NCBI GenBank assembly: GCA_047495785.1
Contig: JBLDXI010000011.1
Location: 1 to 64,000, forward strand
DNA: 64,000 bases
Direction: 5' to 3'
Source: Lepidodermella squamata
Taxonomy: Eukaryota > Animalia > Gastrotricha
The stretch's first letter is position 1, and every line of letters begins with the position of its first letter. Below are positions 50,301-64,000 of the stretch, one piece after another. The position numbers and the translations under genes are program-made. The notes below the pieces were generated by a model. That model made no database searches and was not told the origin of the DNA. It saw only the letters and a list, made by a program, of their open reading frames with translations.

Positions 50301-53300
50301 ATTGGCGCACATTTCGGATGACCGATATTTCGCTGCCAGCCAAAACGGCTGAAATCGCAGTTTTGGACCCTTGTACGTAGCGCCACGATGCAGAATCGTG
50401 CGCCACCGCGGTAAATCAGCCATATTCTGGCATCATTCGATAGTGGCAGCATGCGCAAACACGTTTGCAGGCGATTGGCGCACATTTCGGATGACCGATA
50501 TTTCGCTGCCAGCCAAAACGGCTGAAATCGCAGTTTTGGACCCTTGTACGTAGCGCCACGATGCAGAATCGTGCGCCACCGCGGTAAATCAGCCATATTC
50601 TGGCATCATTCGATAGTGGCAGCATGCGCAAACACGTTTGCAGGCGATTGGCGCACATTTCGGATGACCGATATTTCGCTGCCAGCCAAAACGGCTGAAA
50701 TCGCAGTTTTGGACCCTTGTACGTAGCGCCACGATGCAGAATCGTGCGCCACCGCGGTAAATCAGCCATATTCTGGCATCATTCGATAGTGGCAGCATGC
50801 GCAAACACGTTTGCAGGCGATTGGCGCACATTTCGGATGACCGATATTTCGCTGCCAGCCAAAACGGCTGAAATCGCAGTTTTGGACCCTTGTACGTAGC
50901 GCCACGATGCAGAATCGTGCGCCACCGCGGTAAATCAGCCATATTCTGGCATCATTCGATAGTGGCAGCATGCGCAAACACGTTTGCAGGCGATTGGCGC
51001 ACATTTCGGATGACCGATATTTCGCTGCCAGCCAAAACGGCTGAAATCGCAGTTTTGGACCCTTGTACGTAGCGCCACGATGCAGAATCGTGCGCCACCG
51101 CGGTAAATCAGCCATATTCTGGCATCATTCGATAGTGGCAGCATGCGCAAACACGTTTGCAGGCGATTGGCGCACATTTCGGATGACCGATATTTCGCTG
51201 CCAGCCAAAACGGCTGAAATCGCAGTTTTGGACCCTTGTACGTAGCGCCACGATGCAGAATCGTGCGCCACCGCGGTAAATCAGCCATATTCTGGCATCA
51301 TTCGATAGTGGCAGCATGCGCAAACACGTTTGCAGGCGATTGGCGCACATTTCGGATGACCGATATTTCGCTGCCAGCCAAAACGGCTGAAATCGCAGTT
51401 TTGGACCCTTGTACGTAGCGCCACGATGCAGAATCGTGCGCCACCGCGGTAAATCAGCCATATTCTGGCATCATTCGATAGTGGCAGCATGCGCAAACAC
51501 GTTTGCAGGCGATTGGCGCACATTTCGGATGACCGATATTTCGCTGCCAGCCAAAACGGCTGAAATCGCAGTTTTGGACCCTTGTACGTAGCGCCACGAT
51601 GCAGAATCGTGCGCCACCGCGGTAAATCAGCCATATTCTGGCATCATTCGATAGTGGCAGCATGCGCAAACACGTTTGCAGGCGATTGGCGCACATTTCG
51701 GATGACCGATATTTCGCTGCCAGCCAAAACGGCTGAAATCGCAGTTTTGGACCCTTGTACGTAGCGCCACGATGCAGAATCGTGCGCCACCGCGGTAAAT
51801 CAGCCATATTCTGGCATCATTCGATAGTGGCAGCATGCGCAAACACGTTTGCAGGCGATTGGCGCACATTTCGGATGACCGATATTTCGCTGCCAGCCAA
51901 AACGGCTGAAATCGCAGTTTTGGACCCTTGTACGTAGCGCCACGATGCAGAATCGTGCGCCACCGCGGTAAATCAGCCATATTCTGGCATCATTCGATAG
52001 TGGCAGCATGCGCAAACACGTTTGCAGGCGATTGGCGCACATTTCGGATGACCGATATTTCGCTGCCAGCCAAAACGGCTGAAATCGCAGTTTTGGACCC
52101 TTGTACGTAGCGCCACGATGCAGAATCGTGCGCCACCGCGGTAAATCAGCCATATTCTGGCATCATTCGATAGTGGCAGCATGCGCAAACACGTTTGCAG
52201 GCGATTGGCGCACATTTCGGATGACCGATATTTCGCTGCCAGCCAAAACGGCTGAAATCGCAGTTTTGGACCCTTGTACGTAGCGCCACGATGCAGAATC
52301 GTGCGCCACCGCGGTAAATCAGCCATATTCTGGCATCATTCGATAGTGGCAGCATGCGCAAACACGTTTGCAGGCGATTGGCGCACATTTCGGATGACCG
52401 ATATTTCGCTGCCAGCCAAAACGGCTGAAATCGCAGTTTTGGACCCTTGTACGTAGCGCCACGATGCAGAATCGTGCGCCACCGCGGTAAATCAGCCATA
52501 TTCTGGCATCATTCGATAGTGGCAGCATGCGCAGACACGTTTGCAGGCGATTGGCGCACATTTCGGATGACCGATATTTCGCTGCCAGCCAAAACGGCTG
52601 AAATCGCAGTTTTGGACCCTTGTACGTAGCGCCACGATGCAGAATCGTGCGCCACCGCGGTAAATCAGCCATATTCTGGCATCATTCGATAGTGGCAGCA
52701 TGCGCAAACACGTTTGCAGGCGATTGGCGCACATTTCGGATGACCGATATTTCGCTGCCAGCCAAAACGGCTGAAATCGCAGTTTTGGACCCTTGTACGT
52801 AGCGCCACGATGCAGAATCGTGCGCCACCGCGGTAAATCAGCCATATTCTGGCATCATTCGATAGTGGCAGCATGCGCAAACACGTTTGCAGGCGATTGG
52901 CGCACATTTCGGATGACCGATATTTCGCTGCCAGCCAAAACGGCTGAAATCGCAGTTTTGGACCCTTGTACGTAGCGCCACGATGCAGAATCGTGCGCCA
53001 CCGCGGTAAATCAGCCATATTCTGGCATCATTCGATAGTGGCAGCATGCGCAAACACGTTTGCAGGCGATTGGCGCACATTTCGGATGACCGATATTTCG
53101 CTGCCAGCCAAAACGGCTGAAATCGCAGTTTTGGACCCTTGTACGTAGCGCCACGATGCAGAATCGTGCGCCACCGCGGTAAATCAGCCATATTCTGGCA
53201 TCATTCGATAGTGGCAGCATGCGCAAACACGTTTGCAGGCGATTGGCGCACATTTCGGATGACCGATATTTCGCTGCCAGCCAAAACGGCTGAAATCGCA

Positions 53301-56300
53301 GTTTTGGACCCTTGTACGTAGCGCCACGATGCAGAATCGTGCGCCACCGCGGTAAATCAGCCATATTCTGGCATCATTCGATAGTGGCAGCATGCGCAAA
53401 CACGTTTGCAGGCGATTGGCGCACATTTCGGATGACCGATATTTCGCTGCCAGCCAAAACGGCTGAAATCGCAGTTTTGGACCCTTGTACGTAGCGCCAC
53501 GATGCAGAATCGTGCGCCACCGCGGTAAATCAGCCATATTCTGGCATCATTCGATAGTGGCAGCATGCGCAAACACGTTTGCAGGCGATTGGCGCACATT
53601 TCGGATGACCGATATTTCGCTGCCAGCCAAAACGGCTGAAATCGCAGTTTTGGACCCTTGTACGTAGCGCCACGATGCAGAATCGTGCGCCACCGCGGTA
53701 AATCAGCCATATTCTGGCATCATTCGATAGTGGCAGCATGCGCAAACACGTTTGCAGGCGATTGGCGCACATTTCGGATGACCGATATTTCGCTGCCAGC
53801 CAAAACGGCTGAAATCGCAGTTTTGGACCCTTGTACGTAGCGCCACGATGCAGAATCGTGCGCCACCGCGGTAAATCAGCCATATTCTGGCATCATTCGA
53901 TAGTGGCAGCATGCGCAGACACGTTTGCAGGCGATTGGCGCACATTTCGGATGACCGATATTTCGCTGCCAGCCAAAACGGCTGAAATCGCAGTTTTGGA
54001 CCCTTGTACGTAGCGCCACGATGCAGAATCGTGCGCCACCGCGGTAAATCAGCCATATTCTGGCATCATTCGATAGTGGCAGCATGCGCAAACACGTTTG
54101 CAGGCGATTGGCGCACATTTCGGATGACCGATATTTCGCTGCCAGCCAAAACGGCTGAAATCGCAGTTTTGGACCCTTGTACGTAGCGCCACGATGCAGA
54201 ATCGTGCGCCACCGCGGTAAATCAGCCATATTCTGGCATCATTCGATAGTGGCAGCATGCGCAAACACGTTTGCAGGCGATTGGCGCACATTTCGGATGA
54301 CCGATATTTCGCTGCCAGCCAAAACGGCTGAAATCGCAGTTTTGGACCCTTGTACGTAGCGCCACGATGCAGAATCGTGCGCCACCGCGGTAAATCAGCC
54401 ATATTCTGGCATCATTCGATAGTGGCAGCATGCGCAAACACGTTTGCAGGCGATTGGCGCACATTTCGGATGACCGATATTTCGCTGCCAGCCAAAACGG
54501 CTGAAATCGCAGTTTTGGACCCTTGTACGTAGCGCCACGATGCAGAATCGTGCGCCACCGCGGTAAATCAGCCATATTCTGGCATCATTCGATAGTGGCA
54601 GCATGCGCAAACACGTTTGCAGGCGATTGGCGCACATTTCGGATGACCGATATTTCGCTGCCAGCCAAAACGGCTGAAATCGCAGTTTTGGACCCTTGTA
54701 CGTAGCGCCACGATGCAGAATCGTGCGCCACCGCGGTAAATCAGCCATATTCTGGCATCATTCGATAGTGGCAGCATGCGCAAACACGTTTGCAGGCGAT
54801 TGGCGCACATTTCGGATGACCGATATTTCGCTGCCAGCCAAAACGGCTGAAATCGCAGTTTTGGACCCTTGTACGTAGCGCCACGATGCAGAATCGTGCG
54901 CCACCGCGGTAAATCAGCCATATTCTGGCATCATTCGATAGTGGCAGCATGCGCAAACACGTTTGCAGGCGATTGGCGCACATTTCGGATGACCGATATT
55001 TCGCTGCCAGCCAAAACGGCTGAAATCGCAGTTTTGGACCCTTGTACGTAGCGCCACGATGCAGAATCGTGCGCCACCGCGGTAAATCAGCCATATTCTG
55101 GCATCATTCGATAGTGGCAGCATGCGCAAACACGTTTGCAGGCGATTGGCGCACATTTCGGATGACCGATATTTCGCTGCCAGCCAAAACGGCTGAAATC
55201 GCAGTTTTGGACCCTTGTACGTAGCGCCACGATGCAGAATCGTGCGCCACCGCGGTAAATCAGCCATATTCTGGCATCATTCGATAGTGGCAGCATGCGC
55301 AAACACGTTTGCAGGCGATTGGCGCACATTTCGGATGACCGATATTTCGCTGCCAGCCAAAACGGCTGAAATCGCAGTTTTGGACCCTTGTACGTAGCGC
55401 CACGATGCAGAATCGTGCGCCACCGCGGTAAATCAGCCATATTCTGGCATCATTCGATAGTGGCAGCATGCGCAAACACGTTTGCAGGCGATTGGCGCAC
55501 ATTTCGGATGACCGATATTTCGCTGCCAGCCAAAACGGCTGAAATCGCAGTTTTGGACCCTTGTACGTAGCGCCACGATGCAGAATCGTGCGCCACCGCG
55601 GTAAATCAGCCATATTCTGGCATCATTCGATAGTGGCAGCATGCGCAAACACGTTTGCAGGCGATTGGCGCACATTTCGGATGACCGATATTTCGCTGCC
55701 AGCCAAAACGGCTGAAATCGCAGTTTTGGACCCTTGTACGTAGCGCCACGATGCAGAATCGTGCGCCACCGCGGTAAATCAGCCATATTCTGGCATCATT
55801 CGATAGTGGCAGCATGCGCAAACACGTTTGCAGGCGATTGGCGCACATTTCGGATGACCGATATTTCGCTGCCAGCCAAAACGGCTGAAATCGCAGTTTT
55901 GGACCCTTGTACGTAGCGCCACGATGCAGAATCGTGCGCCACCGCGGTAAATCAGCCATATTCTGGCATCATTCGATAGTGGCAGCATGCGCAAACACGT
56001 TTGCAGGCGATTGGCGCACATTTCGGATGACCGATATTTCGCTGCCAGCCAAAACGGCTGAAATCGCAGTTTTGGACCCTTGTACGTAGCGCCACGATGC
56101 AGAATCGTGCGCCACCGCGGTAAATCAGCCATATTCTGGCATCATTCGATAGTGGCAGCATGCGCAAACACGTTTGCAGGCGATTGGCGCACATTTCGGA
56201 TGACCGATATTTCGCTGCCAGCCAAAACGGCTGAAATCGCAGTTTTGGACCCTTGTACGTAGCGCCACGATGCAGAATCGTGCGCCACCGCGGTAAATCA

Positions 56301-59300
56301 GCCATATTCTGGCATCATTCGATAGTGGCAGCATGCGCAAACACGTTTGCAGGCGATTGGCGCACATTTCGGATGACCGATATTTCGCTGCCAGCCAAAA
56401 CGGCTGAAATCGCAGTTTTGGACCCTTGTACGTAGCGCCACGATGCAGAATCGTGCGCCACCGCGGTAAATCAGCCATATTCTGGCATCATTCGATAGTG
56501 GCAGCATGCGCAAACACGTTTGCAGGCGATTGGCGCACATTTCGGATGACCGATATTTCGCTGCCAGCCAAAACGGCTGAAATCGCAGTTTTGGACCCTT
56601 GTACGTAGCGCCACGATGCAGAATCGTGCGCCACCGCGGTAAATCAGCCATATTCTGGCATCATTCGATAGTGGCAGCATGCGCAAACACGTTTGCAGGC
56701 GATTGGCGCACATTTCGGATGACCGATATTTCGCTGCCAGCCAAAACGGCTGAAATCGCAGTTTTGGACCCTTGTACGTAGCGCCACGATGCAGAATCGT
56801 GCGCCACCGCGGTAAATCAGCCATATTCTGGCATCATTCGATAGTGGCAGCATGCGCAAACACGTTTGCAGGCGATTGGCGCACATTTCGGATGACCGAT
56901 ATTTCGCTGCCAGCCAAAACGGCTGAAATCGCAGTTTTGGACCCTTGTACGTAGCGCCACGATGCAGAATCGTGCGCCACCGCGGTAAATCAGCCATATT
57001 CTGGCATCATTCGATAGTGGCAGCATGCGCAAACACGTTTGCAGGCGATTGGCGCACATTTCGGATGACCGATATTTCGCTGCCAGCCAAAACGGCTGAA
57101 ATCGCAGTTTTGGACCCTTGTACGTAGCGCCACGATGCAGAATCGTGCGCCACCGCGGTAAATCAGCCATATTCTGGCATCATTCGATAGTGGCAGCATG
57201 CGCAAACACGTTTGCAGGCGATTGGCGCACATTTCGGATGACCGATATTTCGCTGCCAGCCAAAACGGCTGAAATCGCAGTTTTGGACCCTTGTACGTAG
57301 CGCCACGATGCAGAATCGTGCGCCACCGCGGTAAATCAGCCATATTCTGGCATCATTCGATAGTGGCAGCATGCGCAAACACGTTTGCAGGCGATTGGCG
57401 CACATTTCGGATGACCGATATTTCGCTGCCAGCCAAAACGGCTGAAATCGCAGTTTTGGACCCTTGTACGTAGCGCCACGATGCAGAATCGTGCGCCACC
57501 GCGGTAAATCAGCCATATTCTGGCATCATTCGATAGTGGCAGCATGCGCAAACACGTTTGCAGGCGATTGGCGCACATTTCGGATGACCGATATTTCGCT
57601 GCCAGCCAAAACGGCTGAAATCGCAGTTTTGGACCCTTGTACGTAGCGCCACGATGCAGAATCGTGCGCCACCGCGGTAAATCAGCCATATTCTGGCATC
57701 ATTCGATAGTGGCAGCATGCGCAAACACGTTTGCAGGCGATTGGCGCACATTTCGGATGACCGATATTTCGCTGCCAGCCAAAACGGCTGAAATCGCAGT
57801 TTTGGACCCTTGTACGTAGCGCCACGATGCAGAATCGTGCGCCACCGCGGTAAATCAGCCATATTCTGGCATCATTCGATAGTGGCAGCATGCGCAAACA
57901 CGTTTGCAGGCGATTGGCGCACATTTCGGATGACCGATATTTCGCTGCCAGCCAAAACGGCTGAAATCGCAGTTTTGGACCCTTGTACGTAGCGCCACGA
58001 TGCAGAATCGTGCGCCACCGCGGTAAATCAGCCATATTCTGGCATCATTCGATAGTGGCAGCATGCGCAAACACGTTTGCAGGCGATTGGCGCACATTTC
58101 GGATGACCGATATTTCGCTGCCAGCCAAAACGGCTGAAATCGCAGTTTTGGACCCTTGTACGTAGCGCCACGATGCAGAATCGTGCGCCACCGCGGTAAA
58201 TCAGCCATATTCTGGCATCATTCGATAGTGGCAGCATGCGCAAACACGTTTGCAGGCGATTGGCGCACATTTCGGATGACCGATATTTCGCTGCCAGCCA
58301 AAACGGCTGAAATCGCAGTTTTGGACCCTTGTACGTAGCGCCACGATGCAGAATCGTGCGCCACCGCGGTAAATCAGCCATATTCTGGCATCATTCGATA
58401 GTGGCAGCATGCGCAAACACGTTTGCAGGCGATTGGCGCACATTTCGGATGACCGATATTTCGCTGCCAGCCAAAACGGCTGAAATCGCAGTTTTGGACC
58501 CTTGTACGTAGCGCCACGATGCAGAATCGTGCGCCACCGCGGTAAATCAGCCATATTCTGGCATCATTCGATAGTGGCAGCATGCGCAAACACGTTTGCA
58601 GGCGATTGGCGCACATTTCGGATGACCGATATTTCGCTGCCAGCCAAAACGGCTGAAATCGCAGTTTTGGACCCTTGTACGTAGCGCCACGATGCAGAAT
58701 CGTGCGCCACCGCGGTAAATCAGCCATATTCTGGCATCATTCGATAGTGGCAGCATGCGCAAACACGTTTGCAGGCGATTGGCGCACATTTCGGATGACC
58801 GATATTTCGCTGCCAGCCAAAACGGCTGAAATCGCAGTTTTGGACCCTTGTACGTAGCGCCACGATGCAGAATCGTGCGCCACCGCGGTAAATCAGCCAT
58901 ATTCTGGCATCATTCGATAGTGGCAGCATGCGCAAACACGTTTGCAGGCGATTGGCGCACATTTCGGATGACCGATATTTCGCTGCCAGCCAAAACGGCT
59001 GAAATCGCAGTTTTGGACCCTTGTACGTAGCGCCACGATGCAGAATCGTGCGCCACCGCGGTAAATCAGCCATATTCTGGCATCATTCGATAGTGGCAGC
59101 ATGCGCAAACACGTTTGCAGGCGATTGGCGCACATTTCGGATGACCGATATTTCGCTGCCAGCCAAAACGGCTGAAATCGCAGTTTTGGACCCTTGTACG
59201 TAGCGCCACGATGCAGAATCGTGCGCCACCGCGGTAAATCAGCCATATTCTGGCATCATTCGATAGTGGCAGCATGCGCAAACACGTTTGCAGGCGATTG

Positions 59301-62300
59301 GCGCACATTTCGGATGACCGATATTTCGCTGCCAGCCAAAACGGCTGAAATCGCAGTTTTGGACCCTTGTACGTAGCGCCACGATGCAGAATCGTGCGCC
59401 ACCGCGGTAAATCAGCCATATTCTGGCATCATTCGATAGTGGCAGCATGCGCAAACACGTTTGCAGGCGATTGGCGCACATTTCGGATGACCGATATTTC
59501 GCTGCCAGCCAAAACGGCTGAAATCGCAGTTTTGGACCCTTGTACGTAGCGCCACGATGCAGAATCGTGCGCCACCGCGGTAAATCAGCCATATTCTGGC
59601 ATCATTCGATAGTGGCAGCATGCGCAAACACGTTTGCAGGCGATTGGCGCACATTTCGGATGACCGATATTTCGCTGCCAGCCAAAACGGCTGAAATCGC
59701 AGTTTTGGACCCTTGTACGTAGCGCCACGATGCAGAATCGTGCGCCACCGCGGTAAATCAGCCATATTCTGGCATCATTCGATAGTGGCAGCATGCGCAA
59801 ACACGTTTGCAGGCGATTGGCGCACATTTCGGATGACCGATATTTCGCTGCCAGCCAAAACGGCTGAAATCGCAGTTTTGGACCCTTGTACGTAGCGCCA
59901 CGATGCAGAATCGTGCGCCACCGCGGTAAATCAGCCATATTCTGGCATCATTCGATAGTGGCAGCATGCGCAAACACGTTTGCAGGCGATTGGCGCACAT
60001 TTCGGATGACCGATATTTCGCTGCCAGCCAAAACGGCTGAAATCGCAGTTTTGGACCCTTGTACGTAGCGCCACGATGCAGAATCGTGCGCCACCGCGGT
60101 AAATCAGCCATATTCTGGCATCATTCGATAGTGGCAGCATGCGCAAACACGTTTGCAGGCGATTGGCGCACATTTCGGATGACCGATATTTCGCTGCCAG
60201 CCAAAACGGCTGAAATCGCAGTTTTGGACCCTTGTACGTAGCGCCACGATGCAGAATCGTGCGCCACCGCGGTAAATCAGCCATATTCTGGCATCATTCG
60301 ATAGTGGCAGCATGCGCAAACACGTTTGCAGGCGATTGGCGCACATTTCGGATGACCGATATTTCGCTGCCAGCCAAAACGGCTGAAATCGCAGTTTTGG
60401 ACCCTTGTACGTAGCGCCACGATGCAGAATCGTGCGCCACCGCGGTAAATCAGCCATATTCTGGCATCATTCGATAGTGGCAGCATGCGCAAACACGTTT
60501 GCAGGCGATTGGCGCACATTTCGGATGACCGATATTTCGCTGCCAGCCAAAACGGCTGAAATCGCAGTTTTGGACCCTTGTACGTAGCGCCACGATGCAG
60601 AATCGTGCGCCACCGCGGTAAATCAGCCATATTCTGGCATCATTCGATAGTGGCAGCATGCGCAAACACGTTTGCAGGCGATTGGCGCACATTTCGGATG
60701 ACCGATATTTCGCTGCCAGCCAAAACGGCTGAAATCGCAGTTTTGGACCCTTGTACGTAGCGCCACGATGCAGAATCGTGCGCCACCGCGGTAAATCAGC
60801 CATATTCTGGCATCATTCGATAGTGGCAGCATGCGCAAACACGTTTGCAGGCGATTGGCGCACATTTCGGATGACCGATATTTCGCTGCCAGCCAAAACG
60901 GCTGAAATCGCAGTTTTGGACCCTTGTACGTAGCGCCACGATGCAGAATCGTGCGCCACCGCGGTAAATCAGCCATATTCTGGCATCATTCGATAGTGGC
61001 AGCATGCGCAAACACGTTTGCAGGCGATTGGCGCACATTTCGGATGACCGATATTTCGCTGCCAGCCAAAACGGCTGAAATCGCAGTTTTGGACCCTTGT
61101 ACGTAGCGCCACGATGCAGAATCGTGCGCCACCGCGGTAAATCAGCCATATTCTGGCATCATTCGATAGTGGCAGCATGCGCAAACACGTTTGCAGGCGA
61201 TTGGCGCACATTTCGGATGACCGATATTTCGCTGCCAGCCAAAACGGCTGAAATCGCAGTTTTGGACCCTTGTACGTAGCGCCACGATGCAGAATCGTGC
61301 GCCACCGCGGTAAATCAGCCATATTCTGGCATCATTCGATAGTGGCAGCATGCGCAAACACGTTTGCAGGCGATTGGCGCACATTTCGGATGACCGATAT
61401 TTCGCTGCCAGCCAAAACGGCTGAAATCGCAGTTTTGGACCCTTGTACGTAGCGCCACGATGCAGAATCGTGCGCCACCGCGGTAAATCAGCCATATTCT
61501 GGCATCATTCGATAGTGGCAGCATGCGCAAACACGTTTGCAGGCGATTGGCGCACATTTCGGATGACCGATATTTCGCTGCCAGCCAAAACGGCTGAAAT
61601 CGCAGTTTTGGACCCTTGTACGTAGCGCCACGATGCAGAATCGTGCGCCACCGCGGTAAATCAGCCATATTCTGGCATCATTCGATAGTGGCAGCATGCG
61701 CAAACACGTTTGCAGGCGATTGGCGCACATTTCGGATGACCGATATTTCGCTGCCAGCCAAAACGGCTGAAATCGCAGTTTTGGACCCTTGTACGTAGCG
61801 CCACGATGCAGAATCGTGCGCCACCGCGGTAAATCAGCCATATTCTGGCATCATTCGATAGTGGCAGCATGCGCAAACACGTTTGCAGGCGATTGGCGCA
61901 CATTTCGGATGACCGATATTTCGCTGCCAGCCAAAACGGCTGAAATCGCAGTTTTGGACCCTTGTACGTAGCGCCACGATGCAGAATCGTGCGCCACCGC
62001 GGTAAATCAGCCATATTCTGGCATCATTCGATAGTGGCAGCATGCGCAAACACGTTTGCAGGCGATTGGCGCACATTTCGGATGACCGATATTTCGCTGC
62101 CAGCCAAAACGGCTGAAATCGCAGTTTTGGACCCTTGTACGTAGCGCCACGATGCAGAATCGTGCGCCACCGCGGTAAATCAGCCATATTCTGGCATCAT
62201 TCGATAGTGGCAGCATGCGCAAACACGTTTGCAGGCGATTGGCGCACATTTCGGATGACCGATATTTCGCTGCCAGCCAAAACGGCTGAAATCGCAGTTT

Positions 62301-64000
62301 TGGACCCTTGTACGTAGCGCCACGATGCAGAATCGTGCGCCACCGCGGTAAATCAGCCATATTCTGGCATCATTCGATAGTGGCAGCATGCGCAAACACG
62401 TTTGCAGGCGATTGGCGCACATTTCGGATGACCGATATTTCGCTGCCAGCCAAAACGGCTGAAATCGCAGTTTTGGACCCTTGTACGTAGCGCCACGATG
62501 CAGAATCGTGCGCCACCGCGGTAAATCAGCCATATTCTGGCATCATTCGATAGTGGCAGCATGCGCAAACACGTTTGCAGGCGATTGGCGCACATTTCGG
62601 ATGACCGATATTTCGCTGCCAGCCAAAACGGCTGAAATCGCAGTTTTGGACCCTTGTACGTAGCGCCACGATGCAGAATCGTGCGCCACCGCGGTAAATC
62701 AGCCATATTCTGGCATCATTCGATAGTGGCAGCATGCGCAAACACGTTTGCAGGCGATTGGCGCACATTTCGGATGACCGATATTTCGCTGCCAGCCAAA
62801 ACGGCTGAAATCGCAGTTTTGGACCCTTGTACGTAGCGCCACGATGCAGAATCGTGCGCCACCGCGGTAAATCAGCCATATTCTGGCATCATTCGATAGT
62901 GGCAGCATGCGCAAACACGTTTGCAGGCGATTGGCGCACATTTCGGATGACCGATATTTCGCTGCCAGCCAAAACGGCTGAAATCGCAGTTTTGGACCCT
63001 TGTACGTAGCGCCACGATGCAGAATCGTGCGCCACCGCGGTAAATCAGCCATATTCTGGCATCATTCGATAGTGGCAGCATGCGCAAACACGTTTGCAGG
63101 CGATTGGCGCACATTTCGGATGACCGATATTTCGCTGCCAGCCAAAACGGCTGAAATCGCAGTTTTGGACCCTTGTACGTAGCGCCACGATGCAGAATCG
63201 TGCGCCACCGCGGTAAATCAGCCATATTCTGGCATCATTCGATAGTGGCAGCATGCGCAAACACGTTTGCAGGCGATTGGCGCACATTTCGGATGACCGA
63301 TATTTCGCTGCCAGCCAAAACGGCTGAAATCGCAGTTTTGGACCCTTGTACGTAGCGCCACGATGCAGAATCGTGCGCCACCGCGGTAAATCAGCCATAT
63401 TCTGGCATCATTCGATAGTGGCAGCATGCGCAAACACGTTTGCAGGCGATTGGCGCACATTTCGGATGACCGATATTTCGCTGCCAGCCAAAACGGCTGA
63501 AATCGCAGTTTTGGACCCTTGTACGTAGCGCCACGATGCAGAATCGTGCGCCACCGCGGTAAATCAGCCATATTCTGGCATCATTCGATAGTGGCAGCAT
63601 GCGCAAACACGTTTGCAGGCGATTGGCGCACATTTCGGATGACCGATATTTCGCTGCCAGCCAAAACGGCTGAAATCGCAGTTTTGGACCCTTGTACGTA
63701 GCGCCACGATGCAGAATCGTGCGCCACCGCGGTAAATCAGCCATATTCTGGCATCATTCGATAGTGGCAGCATGCGCAAACACGTTTGCAGGCGATTGGC
63801 GCACATTTCGGATGACCGATATTTCGCTGCCAGCCAAAACGGCTGAAATCGCAGTTTTGGACCCTTGTACGTAGCGCCACGATGCAGAATCGTGCGCCAC
63901 CGCGGTAAATCAGCCATATTCTGGCATCATTCGATAGTGGCAGCATGCGCAAACACGTTTGCAGGCGATTGGCGCACATTTCGGATGACCGATATTTCGC
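41302..64000 (-). repeat. Same 173-bp satellite, reverse orientation (about 131 monomers, runs off the right edge)
   Basis: From 41302 the sequence is the reverse complement of the monomer (GGCGATTGGCGCACATTTCGGATGACC...). The same ORFs switch strand and the 173-bp period is kept. Confidence 0.99.
53919..64000 (-). repeat. Invariant block of about 58 consensus monomers
   Basis: I saw no deviation after the variant at 53918. ORF translations are identical at exact 173-bp spacing. Confidence 0.88.

Noticed and set aside
1-64000. Pure in vitro rolling-circle amplification of a 173-nt circle
   Set aside because: Copying one circle would not give position-clustered subfamilies and multi-monomer duplications of linked variants. 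It cannot be excluded for the invariant blocks alone.

Overview
The whole 64 kb window is one tandem satellite array of a 173-bp monomer (about 370 copies; by hand count the consensus is about 53% GC with 17 CpG). It contains no supportable gene, RNA gene, mobile element or CRISPR array. Every ORF in the track is a by-product of the repeat. Four things are informative. (1) The array flips orientation once, at 41301/41302, exactly on a small hairpin (GCAAAC-GT-GTTTGC) present in every monomer, which makes a palindrome with arms of at least 22.7 kb. (2) A variant-rich domain (about 3975-26700), with successive monomer subfamilies and incipient higher-order repeats (2-, 3-, 8/9- and 17-mers), sits between essentially invariant blocks. 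(3) Two short foreign inserts (3958-3974 and 28514-28526) match, from my recollection, PacBio barcode bc1003 plus its T overhang, so the assembly contains untrimmed read ends. (4) Indels cluster in a way that looks like consensus error. Monomer length, dyad symmetry and higher-order structure resemble eukaryotic (peri)centromeric satellite, but the organism cannot be identified from this window. I cannot support a new protein-based system here. The best biological lead is a satellite whose built-in hairpin seeds fold-back inversion, and it needs read-level confirmation.
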